Below are positions 37,568 to 45,879 of a stretch of DNA of 53,172 nucleotides, in pieces (positions within the stretch are counted from its first letter, which is position 1; every line of letters begins with the position of its first letter). The DNA is from an uncultured bacterium. Its GTDB lineage: Bacteria; Oederibacteriota; CAKKQC01. The stretch lies in the NCBI GenBank assembly GCA_964587525.1, contig CAZPLZ010000001.1:1-53172 (forward strand), read 5' to 3'. A program made the translations under genes and the position numbers. The notes under the pieces are model-generated. The model did no database searches and was not told the DNA's origin. It saw nothing but the letters and a program-made list of their open reading frames with translations.

Positions 37568-37640
37568 CTTCAGGAGTACTTCGAAGATTTAAGTGGCCTG
37601 GTCAGATGGTCGTCGTCTCAAGGGCTTACGTCTTCGAGGC

Positions 37641-37847
37641 CTAGGGAGAAATTTTGCTCACGTTGACGGCCTGTGGCCCTTTCGGTCCGTCCACGACTTC
37701 GAACTCCACTTCCTGCCCTTCAACGAGCGATCTGTATCCATCCCCCGTTACATTGGAGAAGTGAACGAAGACGTCGCGTCCGCCTTCTTGTGCAATAAAC
37801 CCGTAGCCTTTCTTGTCGTTGAACCATTTGACCTTTCCATTCTGCAT
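37641..37847 (-). CDS. cspA: Cold-shock protein (CspA family)
   Basis: [18 protein letters not shown] (RNP1), DVFVHFS (RNP2); 68 aa. Confidence 0.95.
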   Translation of the reverse strand: MQNGKVKWFNDKKGYGFIAQEGGRDVFVHFSNVTGDGYRSLVEGQEVEFEVVDGPKGPQAVNVSKISP

Positions 37848-37936
37848 GCGGCCTTAAACCCCCCTTACGTCAGCTAATCCCATCACGTTGCTTTTCCCGC
37901 GCTTAACAACTTAGAGCTGCGCGATTAAACTCAAAG

Positions 37937-37964
37937 ACTATCACAGCCTCCTGCCAAAAGTCAA
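37937..37964 (-). promoter_or_regulatory. Putative cspA promoter (TTGACT-N16-GATAGT with TG extension) giving a ~85-nt 5' UTR
   Basis: On the minus strand, TTGACT is at 37964-37959 and TGT-GATAGT ends at 37937. Long csp leaders are typical. Confidence 0.35.
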
Positions 37965-37969
37965 TGTTT

Positions 37970-38980
37970 TCAGGGTGAAGTAGTGCTCCCGGTCGAAGCC
38001 GCTGGCTTCACTTCAGGTTGCGAAGGTCCGCCGAGCTCCGCCAGGATACTTTCGGCCAGCGTGAGGTTCCCCGGCTTGTACGCACTGTCCAGCTCCGCCA
38101 CTTTCTTGTAGGCCGCGATGGCTTCCTCGACAAGCTCCTTCCCGCCGGCGCCGGCGTTGAGCGACTTCAGGAGTGCGGCGCCCAGGTTGTTCCACGCATA
38201 CTTGTTTTTTGAGTTCAGCTCCGTGGCGCGCCGTGAGTGTTTCAGGGCCACCTGGATCTTGCGCTGCCGAAGCGCGAGCAGCCCCTGAAAGTTGGCAGCG
38301 GCGCTTTTCGCCCTCTTGCCGCGGGCGGTGGCTTCCGAACGTTCGAAATTAGCCTGGGCGAGTGCAGCATCTCCCTCCTGCTCGGCGGCCTCGCCGGCGA
38401 CTTTGTACGTGCTGTAGGTCCCCTCCGCCGCTACGGTTCGGGGTGGCTGGTCAGCCCGCTTGGCGGCGGCCTCAGCCCAGGCCTTCTCCTGGTCAAGGTA
38501 GCCCTGTGCGGTCTTAGCGAATGTCTGGTAGTCCGGATCCAGCTCGGCCACTTTCCCAAAGGCGGATAGCGCGCTATCGAGCGCTTCCTTATCGGATGCG
38601 CCTGCCTCGTACAGGGTGAGATGGCAGGCCCCGAGGTTGTTCCAGGCCACCACGAGCGTGGGGTCAATCTCGATTGCCCGCTTGAGGTGCGGGATCGCCT
38701 GGGCGTACTTACGCCACTTCATGTAGACATACCCCTGCCCGTTGGCCGCGGAGGCCTTGCTGGCAGAGGTCTTGGACGCGCTTTCGGCCTTGCCGTAAGC
38801 GTCCAGGGCTTCTTTGAACTGCGCCGTGTTGAGCGCTTGACTTGCCTGGACGAACAATGGTTTTGCGTCCTCCGCACCGGCTATAGACGCAAGCCCCGTG
38901 AGACCCAGGGGGTCTAACGGGACAAGCAGCAGCGTGAGGAAGAGCCCGATGGTGATTGCTTGAGATCTCTTGTGTGACAT
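37970..38980 (-). CDS. Secreted TPR-repeat protein
   Basis: Signal/anchor MSHKRSQAITIGLFLTLLLV. Repeated A..xY..A..x(A/L)..P.. TPR-like 34-mers (AWNNLGA.. occurs twice). Confidence 0.7.
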   Translation of the reverse strand: MSHKRSQAITIGLFLTLLLVPLDPLGLTGLASIAGAEDAKPLFVQASQALNTAQFKEALDAYGKAESASKTSASKASAANGQGYVYMKWRKYAQAIPHLKRAIEIDPTLVVAWNNLGACHLTLYEAGASDKEALDSALSAFGKVAELDPDYQTFAKTAQGYLDQEKAWAEAAAKRADQPPRTVAAEGTYSTYKVAGEAAEQEGDAALAQANFERSEATARGKRAKSAAANFQGLLALRQRKIQVALKHSRRATELNSKNKYAWNNLGAALLKSLNAGAGGKELVEEAIAAYKKVAELDSAYKPGNLTLAESILAELGGPSQPEVKPAASTGSTTSP

Positions 38981-39004
38981 GCTTGTCCTCCTGGTAGCTT
39001 GATG

Positions 39005-39205
39005 TTAATCAAAGGTTCCTAGATGAATGGAGAGCCAGAACACCGGGAACGCGGACACGATCAACGCCGGCGCCAGCACCTCGAACACGTTTTTGTATTC
39101 CGGCGCAACACCCAGCAGATAGAGCACGTAGTAACCGCCCATGAGCATTATGAACCCGCCCCAGAAGGTGTACAGGCCGATCCGGCGCTTGTGTCGTTCG
39201 TCCAT
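39005..39205 (-). CDS. Small membrane protein (2 TM), hypothetical
   Basis: 66 aa with two hydrophobic helices, packed between nrdR and the TPR gene on the same strand. Confidence 0.5.
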   Translation of the reverse strand: MDERHKRRIGLYTFWGGFIMLMGGYYVLYLLGVAPEYKNVFEVLAPALIVSAFPVFWLSIHLGTFD

Positions 39206-39223
39206 GCTGTCGTGAAGTCCCCT

Positions 39224-39733
39224 CTACGATTTCCCGTCTTTAGCGGGTGCGGCGCCCTGTTGTAAGGCCGCACGTCCTTCGTTTCTCTTGATCAGCCGTT
39301 GCACCTCTTCCATGAATTGTGTCACATCTTTAAACTGCCGGTACACTGAGGCGAACCGGACATAGGCGACCTCGTCAAGGTCGTGCAGCCGCTGCATCAC
39401 CAGCGCGCCGATTGCCTCGCTGCTGATTTCCCGGCCGTTCTTGTTGAAGCACTCTTTTTCAATTGCGTCGGCGATTGTCTCCAGCGAGGCCTGACTGACA
39501 GGCCGTTTCTGACAGGCCTTGAGGAGACCACTCATGAGCTTATTGCGGTCAAACGTTTCCCACCGGCCGTCCTTTTTTTTGATCTGGGGTATGGAGTGCT
39601 CAATCTGTTCGTAGGAGGTGTATCGCCGGCTGCATTTGAGACATTCTCGGCGTCGCCGGATGGCTTCCCCTCCCTTGGTGCTGCGCGAATCCACGACCTT
39701 GTCTTCCCCATGGCTGCAGAATGGGCACCGCAT
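39224..39733 (-). CDS. nrdR: Transcriptional repressor NrdR
   Basis: MRCPFCSHGEDKVVDSRS....IRRRRECLKCSRRYTSYE zinc ribbon plus an ATP-cone. Confidence 0.95.
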   Translation of the reverse strand: MRCPFCSHGEDKVVDSRSTKGGEAIRRRRECLKCSRRYTSYEQIEHSIPQIKKKDGRWETFDRNKLMSGLLKACQKRPVSQASLETIADAIEKECFNKNGREISSEAIGALVMQRLHDLDEVAYVRFASVYRQFKDVTQFMEEVQRLIKRNEGRAALQQGAAPAKDGKS

Positions 39734-39739
39734 GAAACG

Positions 39740-40435
39740 TCAGCTCCGAGAGGACACTGTGAGCTCTTGGTAGCGTGCCCACCAACGTCGCGCTTTGGCT
39801 AGGGTTGAGCTGATGCGGCGCCGGATGCGTTTGACTTGCTGCGGGGTCAGCTCACCCTCACCATCGACTTTCACCGCATCGGTGAGGGAGAGCTCGCCGT
39901 TGGCCAGCCGGGTATCCAGTTGCAGCAGCTCCTTGATGATGAGATCAGATTGGTACATCGTGGCATCAACTTTCCTTTCGCCGTCCTCGACCTGTTTAGC
40001 CAGCGCGATTTCCTCGTCTCGGGTGAGCAGCATGACTTGTCCCATCTCGTGCAGATACATGCGCACCGGATCATCGATACGAGACTCTGACCCGGGTATC
40101 TTAGGTTCCTTCCGTCCACTTCGTGTGGGGCTGGGCTTCTCGGTGGTGGCACGCGATTTGGCGGCATCCTCGTCAATGATCTCGATGTCCATTTCCGATA
40201 GCTTGCTGAGCAAGTCGTCGATCTGATCGGTGTGCATCGAGTCTTGAGGAAGTTTATCACTGACCTCCTTATACGTGAGATAACCGCGTTCCTGTCCGGT
40301 CTCGATGAGCTGCTCAATGTCGCTGGCGCGTTGTTCGGTCGCGTCCTCCTGGCCTTCCTGCGGCGTGTACTCGGCCTGGCCCTTCCGTGGGCGACCCGGC
40401 CGGTTCATGAGTGGACGGCCTGGCTTGTTCCTCAT
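39740..40435 (-). CDS. Sigma-70 (RpoD) N-terminal fragment: regions 1.1 and 1.2 plus the start of the non-conserved spacer only. Regions 2-4 absent.
   Basis: Region 1.1 LIETGQERGYLTYKEVSDKLP..QIDDLLSKLSEMDIEIIDED and region 1.2 DPVRMYLHEMGQVMLLTRDEEIALAKQVEDG. TGA at 39740-39742. nrdR starts 6 nt later. Confidence 0.8.
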   Translation of the reverse strand: MRNKPGRPLMNRPGRPRKGQAEYTPQEGQEDATEQRASDIEQLIETGQERGYLTYKEVSDKLPQDSMHTDQIDDLLSKLSEMDIEIIDEDAAKSRATTEKPSPTRSGRKEPKIPGSESRIDDPVRMYLHEMGQVMLLTRDEEIALAKQVEDGERKVDATMYQSDLIIKELLQLDTRLANGELSLTDAVKVDGEGELTPQQVKRIRRRISSTLAKARRWWARYQELTVSSRS

Positions 40436-42249
40436 GAGGTTGTTTGAACCAGACGTTGTTTTTCCTCGAGGAGCTGGGTCACCGTTGTGGGATCCGTTGT
40501 GCGCTCAAGCTTTTGCTGGACGGCCTTGAGTTGAGTCCGGGAGCGCCAGCGTTTCAGTTGCTCCGCGGACTCACGATACGCATCGTCAGGGGAAAGGCCT
40601 TCCTCCTTGGCTTCTGCCGCCGCCAGCAGTTCCAGCATGGCTGGGCTGTCCTGGAAATCGTCCATCAGCGAGGCGATGGAGAATGCCCGGCCTTCCTCGA
40701 ACAAGGCGCGCAGGTGTGACGCCAGCCGGGCGGTCTCCGCCCCCTGGAACGCTTCCGGTGGGATGTCCAGAAGCGCTGTCATCGCGGCCGCTTTGTGTTG
40801 GAGGACGCCGGTGAGGAGCAAGCGTTCAGCGCGCCAGGTCGGCGTGTGCCCCTCGAGGGGCTTGACGCTGGCCAGTGGCTTGGGTTCGGCGGGGGGCCCG
40901 AGAGGCTTCGTGCCAAAGCCGAAGGGGTGTGGTCTCACCGATGAAAATTTCTCCAGTTCTTCCACGATATCGCGTTCACGCAGGCCGAGCCGCTCGGAAA
41001 GCCGCTTCACATACGTGAAGCGCTCGATGGCGTTGGGCACCCGCTTAAGGAACGGCAAGAGTGCCGCGACGATTCGTTTCTTGCCTTGCAGGGTTGCTGG
41101 ATCGGCGTTTTGGGAGGCCACCTCAAGCCGGAAATCGAACAGCGAGATGGCCACCCCATGCGCTTGCAACGGTGAGGTCGGCGCCTCACCACCCGCGGCA
41201 TCCTGAAGCGCTTTCAGAAAGGCTGCCTCGCCGTGCTGAAGGAGGAACTCGTCCGGATCGGTGCCGCCGGGGAGCCGGACGATCTTCACCTCGAATCCTG
41301 CTTCGCTGGCCAAGTCCAATCCACGCACCGCCGCTTCGTTGCCGCCCACATCTTCATCATAGACGATCAGAAGCGTGTGGGTGAATCGCTTGAGGAGTTT
41401 GAGCTGTGCGCCGGTGAGGGACGTTCCCAGCACCGCCACGAGGTTGTGCACCCCGCGTGCGTGCGCCGCAATGGCGTCGAAGTAACCCTCAACGAGCACC
41501 GTTTTTCCAGTTTTCCGGATGGCCTCCTTGGCCAGCGAGAGCGCGTAGAGAGAATGTGACTTTTTGTACAGGGCGGTTTCGGGTGTGTTCAGGTATTTTG
41601 GCTGCTGGCTTTCTTCAAGGGCGCGGCCACCGAACCCGATCACATGTCCGGCCTCGTCCGTGATGGGGAGGATGAGACGCCCGCGCATGCGGTCATGTTG
41701 ACCGCCTTCCTGGCTTGGACCCGCAAGCCCCGCGCGCGCGAGCAGCGCTGGATGGAGCTTGGCTGAAAAGATCTCTCGGCCGGTCGAGTAGCCCAGGCGG
41801 AACTGCTCGATCGAGCGCTGGGGTACATGGCGCCGTTCTAGATAGGCACGGGCGCGGGCCGCCCCGGGGGCCGTCAGCAACGTGTGGTGATAGAGTGAGG
41901 CCGCGGTTTCTAAGAGCACCAGCAGCCGTTTGCGCTCCTGCTCCACGGGGGAATTGGTCTGCGGGAGCGGAATGCGGGCGCGCTCGGCCAGCCGCCGGAC
42001 GGCTTCGGGAAACGGGATGTTCTCGATCTTCATGAGAAAGATGGAGGCGTTTCCGCTGGCGTTGCACCCGAAACACTTGAAGATCTGCAGGGTCGTGTTC
42101 ACATGGAAGGACGGTGTCTTTTCTTTGTGAAATGGACACAGCCCCTTGAAGTTGTGGCTGCCGGCTTTCTTGAGCGGGACGTATTCGCCGACGATCTCGG
42201 CGATGTTCACCGCGGCGCGGATACGATCCAGAAGAGCTTGCTCAAACAC
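40432..42249 (-). CDS. dnaG: DNA primase DnaG
   Basis: Zinc finger CPFHKEKTPSFHVN....FKCFGCNASGN, TOPRIM region VLVEGYFD..., C-terminal helicase-interaction domain. Confidence 0.95.
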   Translation of the reverse strand: MFEQALLDRIRAAVNIAEIVGEYVPLKKAGSHNFKGLCPFHKEKTPSFHVNTTLQIFKCFGCNASGNASIFLMKIENIPFPEAVRRLAERARIPLPQTNSPVEQERKRLLVLLETAASLYHHTLLTAPGAARARAYLERRHVPQRSIEQFRLGYSTGREIFSAKLHPALLARAGLAGPSQEGGQHDRMRGRLILPITDEAGHVIGFGGRALEESQQPKYLNTPETALYKKSHSLYALSLAKEAIRKTGKTVLVEGYFDAIAAHARGVHNLVAVLGTSLTGAQLKLLKRFTHTLLIVYDEDVGGNEAAVRGLDLASEAGFEVKIVRLPGGTDPDEFLLQHGEAAFLKALQDAAGGEAPTSPLQAHGVAISLFDFRLEVASQNADPATLQGKKRIVAALLPFLKRVPNAIERFTYVKRLSERLGLRERDIVEELEKFSSVRPHPFGFGTKPLGPPAEPKPLASVKPLEGHTPTWRAERLLLTGVLQHKAAAMTALLDIPPEAFQGAETARLASHLRALFEEGRAFSIASLMDDFQDSPAMLELLAAAEAKEEGLSPDDAYRESAEQLKRWRSRTQLKAVQQKLERTTDPTTVTQLLEEKQRLVQTTS

Positions 42250-42296
42250 GATTCACAACACTGCTCACGAGAATAACACAGCCGGTGTCCCCCGTG

Positions 42297-42965
42297 TCAC
42301 GCTCTTGGCAGCCCGGGATGCCGCGACACCCAAGGGCTATCGGCCGCGTAAAATCGCCAGGGCTTTAAGCGCGCAGGGCCACGAAGTCCGATCCGGGTGG
42401 AGCGACGGATTCGGCAGACAAAAGGTTGCCGGGGCCAGGCCAGAAACAACGGGCCTCGCAGCAGGTTCGTCCGGTTGAGGGTGAGATCCACCCGCATGGC
42501 CTGGCAGAGCCGGCCGGGCCCGCGGGCGAGGTCCTGGTCACGTGCGCACCGCTGCCGGCGCTGGCGCATGGAGGGAAGTCCCGCAACCGGTTGAAGAGCC
42601 CGCAGGAGTACTGCGCCAGGAACACCCTCGCGTTCGGTAACGACATTCAGGAGAGGATAGAGATGGCATTGATACACGTACGCCTGGCCGGGAGGGCCGA
42701 ACATGGGGGCGTTACGCCCTTTCAACCCGCCATGGGCATGGCTTCCGGGGTCACGCGTGCCGGTGTAGGCTTCGGTCTCCACGATGACGCCAGCGGTCAA
42801 CCCCGAGGGGTGTTTGTGGATCAACAAGGTGCCGATGAGATCGCGGGCGGCTTTGAGCGTGGGCCGGGTGAAGAACCTAGGGGTGAGCCGCCTGGGCTTG
42901 AAGCCCCGCCCCGTTAGAAGCGGGCCCGCTTCTAACGGGGCCCCCTTGAGACTCGAGCCGGTCAC
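42297..42965 (-). CDS. mpg: DNA-3-methyladenine glycosylase (Mpg/AAG family)
   Basis: FFTRPTLKAARDLIGTLL, GVIVETEAYTG..DPGSHA, GQAYVYQCHLYPLLNVV, LLRALQP, ARGPGRLCQAM. In-frame GTG at 42965 chosen because the longer track ORF runs through rpsU. Confidence 0.8.
   Translation of the reverse strand: MTGSSLKGAPLEAGPLLTGRGFKPRRLTPRFFTRPTLKAARDLIGTLLIHKHPSGLTAGVIVETEAYTGTRDPGSHAHGGLKGRNAPMFGPPGQAYVYQCHLYPLLNVVTEREGVPGAVLLRALQPVAGLPSMRQRRQRCARDQDLARGPGRLCQAMRVDLTLNRTNLLRGPLFLAWPRQPFVCRIRRSTRIGLRGPARLKPWRFYAADSPWVSRHPGLPRA
42908..42941. repeat. Perfect 34-nt palindrome (16-17 bp stem) just downstream of rpsU, within the presumed 5' end of mpg
   Basis: GCCCCGTTAGAAGCGGGCCCGCTTCTAACGGGGC reads identically on both strands. 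No U-tract follows on the transcribed (minus) strand. Confidence 0.9.
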
Positions 42966-42975
42966 GCCAGTGGGA

Positions 42976-43179
42976 TCAATAGCCTGCCTTTTCGCGCTTC
43001 TGACGCCGGCGTTCCTTGCGGATCGCGGCTTGAAGTTTCTTTTTGCGGCGCACGGAGGGAGGTTCGTAATACTCCCGTTTGCGCATTTCCTGAAGCAGAC
43101 CAGCGTCCTGGACTTTTTTCTTAAACCGCCGAAGCGCGGTCTCGAAGGAATCAAAATCCTTGACCACGATTTCGGGCAC
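42976..43179 (-). CDS. rpsU: 30S ribosomal protein S21
   Basis: (M)[37 protein letters not shown] at 43179 preferred to 43188: AGGAGG sits 8 nt upstream of it, and the N-terminus then matches the usual MPxVxV. Confidence 0.9.
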   Translation of the reverse strand: MPEIVVKDFDSFETALRRFKKKVQDAGLLQEMRKREYYEPPSVRRKKKLQAAIRKERRRQKREKAGY

Positions 43180-43280
43180 GAAGATCACCTCCTAATTGCT
43201 CAATTATGTACCTATGTATAATAACGCGGGACGATGCCAAGCGCCGCCCTCATACGAAAGGTCTCACGAGTGGGCTTCTC

Positions 43281-44552
43281 ATGATGTTATCGAGGCGGGT
43301 CGCGGCGTTGCGGCCCTCACCCACGCTGGCGATTGAAGCGAAAGCCAAGGCCATGCGCACGCAGGGACTGGATGTGCTCAGCCTGTCTGCGGGCGAGCCC
43401 GATTTTGACACGCCGGAGCACATCAAGCAAGCCGCGGGAGCGGCCATGAAAGCCGGGCTGACGAAGTACACGCCCGCGTCCGGCATCCTCGAGCTCAAGG
43501 CGGCGGTTTGCAAGCGTGCCAAGATGACGCAAGGTCTGGAGTACGAGCCCAAAGGGGTCGTCATCTCATGTGGAGCGAAGCACGCCATCGCCAATGCGCT
43601 CGTCGCGCTGGTGAACGAGGGCGATGAGGTGTTGATCCTGGCGCCGTTCTGGGTCTCCTATCCCGCCATGGTTACGCTGGCCGGTGGTGTTCCTCGGATC
43701 CTCTACGCGGACGGGAAATCCTTCGTGTGGGACCCCGACATCGCTCACCTGACCGCGCCGGAAGTTGGCTTCAAGATTGTTCCAGAGGTTCTTCAGCAAG
43801 GCCTGACACCCAAGACCAAGGTCCTGATCCTCAACGTGCCCTCGAACCCGACAGGGTGCATGTACAGCGAGGAAGAGTTAAAGGGCCTGGCGAAGGTGCT
43901 TGATGGATTTCCTGGCACCTGGATCATCTCGGACGAGATCTATGACGCCCTGACGTACGATGGACCGGCGCGCTCGATCGCGCGAGTGGCGCCGGCGCTC
44001 AAGGCGCGCACCGTGGTGGTCAACGGCGTGTCCAAGACCTTTGCCATGACCGGCTGGCGGATCGGCTGGGCGCTGGGGCCGGAAGATGTGATCAGCGCGA
44101 TGGGGAACCTCCAGAGCCAGACGACGTCGAATCCAACCTCGGTGGCGCAGTATGCGGCGCTCGCCGCGTTGGAAGGTTCACAGGACTCCGTGGCCCATAT
44201 GCGACGCGAGTTTGCGAAACGGCATGTGCTGATTGCGGAGGGGCTCAATAACATCCCCGGTGTGATGTGCGCGCGAGCTAGCGGAGCGTTTTACGTGTTC
44301 CCGGATGTGCGGGGGATCCAGCAGAGCCCGGTGGCTCTAGCGAAGCTGGGACTTTCAGCCAAGCCTGGACCGCAAGGATTCTCTTCTAGTCTCGCGGCGC
44401 ATTTCCTGGAGCATGCCAAGGTGGCGATGGTGCCAGGAGCCGAGTTCGGACTGGAGTGCCACCTGCGCATGTCCTTTGCCACCTCAGGCGAGGTCATTAC
44501 GAAGGCCGTCGCGCGGCTGAGCGAGGCGGTGGCCAATCTGATGAGGGCCTGA
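43281..44552 (+). CDS. Aspartate aminotransferase (class I PLP aminotransferase)
   Basis: LSAGEPDFDTP, PAVSYPA-type region, N.PSNPTG, PLP lysine block NGVSKTFAMTGWRIGW. Start at MMLSRR (43281). A perfect TATAAT lies at 43217-43222. Confidence 0.88.
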   Translation: MMLSRRVAALRPSPTLAIEAKAKAMRTQGLDVLSLSAGEPDFDTPEHIKQAAGAAMKAGLTKYTPASGILELKAAVCKRAKMTQGLEYEPKGVVISCGAKHAIANALVALVNEGDEVLILAPFWVSYPAMVTLAGGVPRILYADGKSFVWDPDIAHLTAPEVGFKIVPEVLQQGLTPKTKVLILNVPSNPTGCMYSEEELKGLAKVLDGFPGTWIISDEIYDALTYDGPARSIARVAPALKARTVVVNGVSKTFAMTGWRIGWALGPEDVISAMGNLQSQTTSNPTSVAQYAALAALEGSQDSVAHMRREFAKRHVLIAEGLNNIPGVMCARASGAFYVFPDVRGIQQSPVALAKLGLSAKPGPQGFSSSLAAHFLEHAKVAMVPGAEFGLECHLRMSFATSGEVITKAVARLSEAVANLMRA

Positions 44553-44556
44553 CCCC

Positions 44557-45879
44557 TTGGGCAAGTCCACAATCCGCATCGGCCTTTTGGGGATGGGCAC
44601 GGTCGGCACCGGTGTGGTGAAGATGCTTACCCGGAGCCGGGAAGTTTTGGAGCGGAAGGCAGGCGCCCGGCTGGAGCTTGCGCGGGTGGCGGTGAAGCAC
44701 GCGGGTAAGGCGCGCGAGGTGGACTTGCCGGCCGGCGTGCTCACTGAAGACGCCCTCTCGGTGCTGCGCGATCCGTCCATCGACATCGTGGTCGAGCTGA
44801 TAGGTGGTCGAAACCCTGCGAGGCTCTACGTGCTGGAGGCGATCCGGGCCAAAAAGCATATCGTCACCGCGAACAAGGCGCTGCTGGCGGAGTGTTGGGA
44901 TGAGATCGTGGGCGCCGCCCGGGAAAATGGCGTCGAGGTGTATTTCGAGGCGTCGGTCGGCAGCGGCATTCCGATTATCCAGTCGCTGTCCGAGGGGCTG
45001 GCTGCCAACCGCATCGAGGCTATCTATGCCATCATCAACGGCACGTCGAATTACATCTTGACGCGCATGGAGAAGGACGGGAAGACCTTCGCTGAGGCGT
45101 TGAAGGAGGCCCAAAAGAAAGGTTATGCCGAGGCGGACCCCTCCCTGGATGTCGGCGGCGGCGATGCGGCACACAAGCTGGCCGTGCTCTCCTCGCTCGC
45201 GTTTGAGACTGGCGTGCCGTACTCAAAGATCCACATCGAGGGCATTCAGGATCTGACGCCGCAGGATTTCGTGTACGCGAAGGAGGAGTTTGGGTACGTG
45301 GTGAAGCTGCTGGCGATCGCGAAGCAGGAGGACGGGCAGCTCGAGGTGCGCGTCCATCCTACGCTATTGCCCGAGGTGCACCTCCTGGCCAGCGTTGAGG
45401 GGGCGTTTAACGGCATTTACGTGATCGGTGACGCGGTCGGAGCCACGATGTTTTATGGGTTGGGCGCCGGCCAGATGCCAACGGCCTCCGCGGTGGTGAG
45501 CGATATCCTGTACGTGGCCCGGTCCATCGCCTACGATGTTGCGGGTCGTTCCGGGTGGGGGCCGTTTGGTGACATCCCGTTGCAGCCGGTTCATCTGCCC
45601 ATCCGCCCCATGGAGGAGATCCAGTGCCGGTATTATCTGCGATTGTCGGTGCTGGACCAGCCAGGCGTGCTCGCCTCGATCGCCAAGGTGCTGGGTGACC
45701 ACGGTGTGTCCATCGCCTCGGTGGTGCAGAAGGAGCGAAGCAAGGGAGACAAAGTGCCATTGGTGCTGCTCACGTACGAGGCCAAGGAGCGGGACATGCA
45801 GGATGCCTTAGGGCAGATCGAGGAGTTCCCCGCCGTGAAAGGGAAAACGCTGCTCATTCGAGTCGAGCGAGGGGAATGA
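44557..45879 (+). CDS. hom: Homoserine dehydrogenase (with C-terminal ACT domain)
   Basis: TTG start. IGLLGMGTVGTGV, TANKALLA, EASVGSGIPII, NGTSNYIL..M, AEADPS.DV.G.DAA.KL. ACT region YYLRLSVLDQPGVLA. Confidence 0.93.
   Translation: MGKSTIRIGLLGMGTVGTGVVKMLTRSREVLERKAGARLELARVAVKHAGKAREVDLPAGVLTEDALSVLRDPSIDIVVELIGGRNPARLYVLEAIRAKKHIVTANKALLAECWDEIVGAARENGVEVYFEASVGSGIPIIQSLSEGLAANRIEAIYAIINGTSNYILTRMEKDGKTFAEALKEAQKKGYAEADPSLDVGGGDAAHKLAVLSSLAFETGVPYSKIHIEGIQDLTPQDFVYAKEEFGYVVKLLAIAKQEDGQLEVRVHPTLLPEVHLLASVEGAFNGIYVIGDAVGATMFYGLGAGQMPTASAVVSDILYVARSIAYDVAGRSGWGPFGDIPLQPVHLPIRPMEEIQCRYYLRLSVLDQPGVLASIAKVLGDHGVSIASVVQKERSKGDKVPLVLLTYEAKERDMQDALGQIEEFPAVKGKTLLIRVERGE

Noticed and set aside
42966-43154. 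Upstream part of the 285-aa ORF containing mpg
   Set aside because: It runs through rpsU in another frame, and Mpg homology starts far downstream. In-frame GTG 42965 is used instead.
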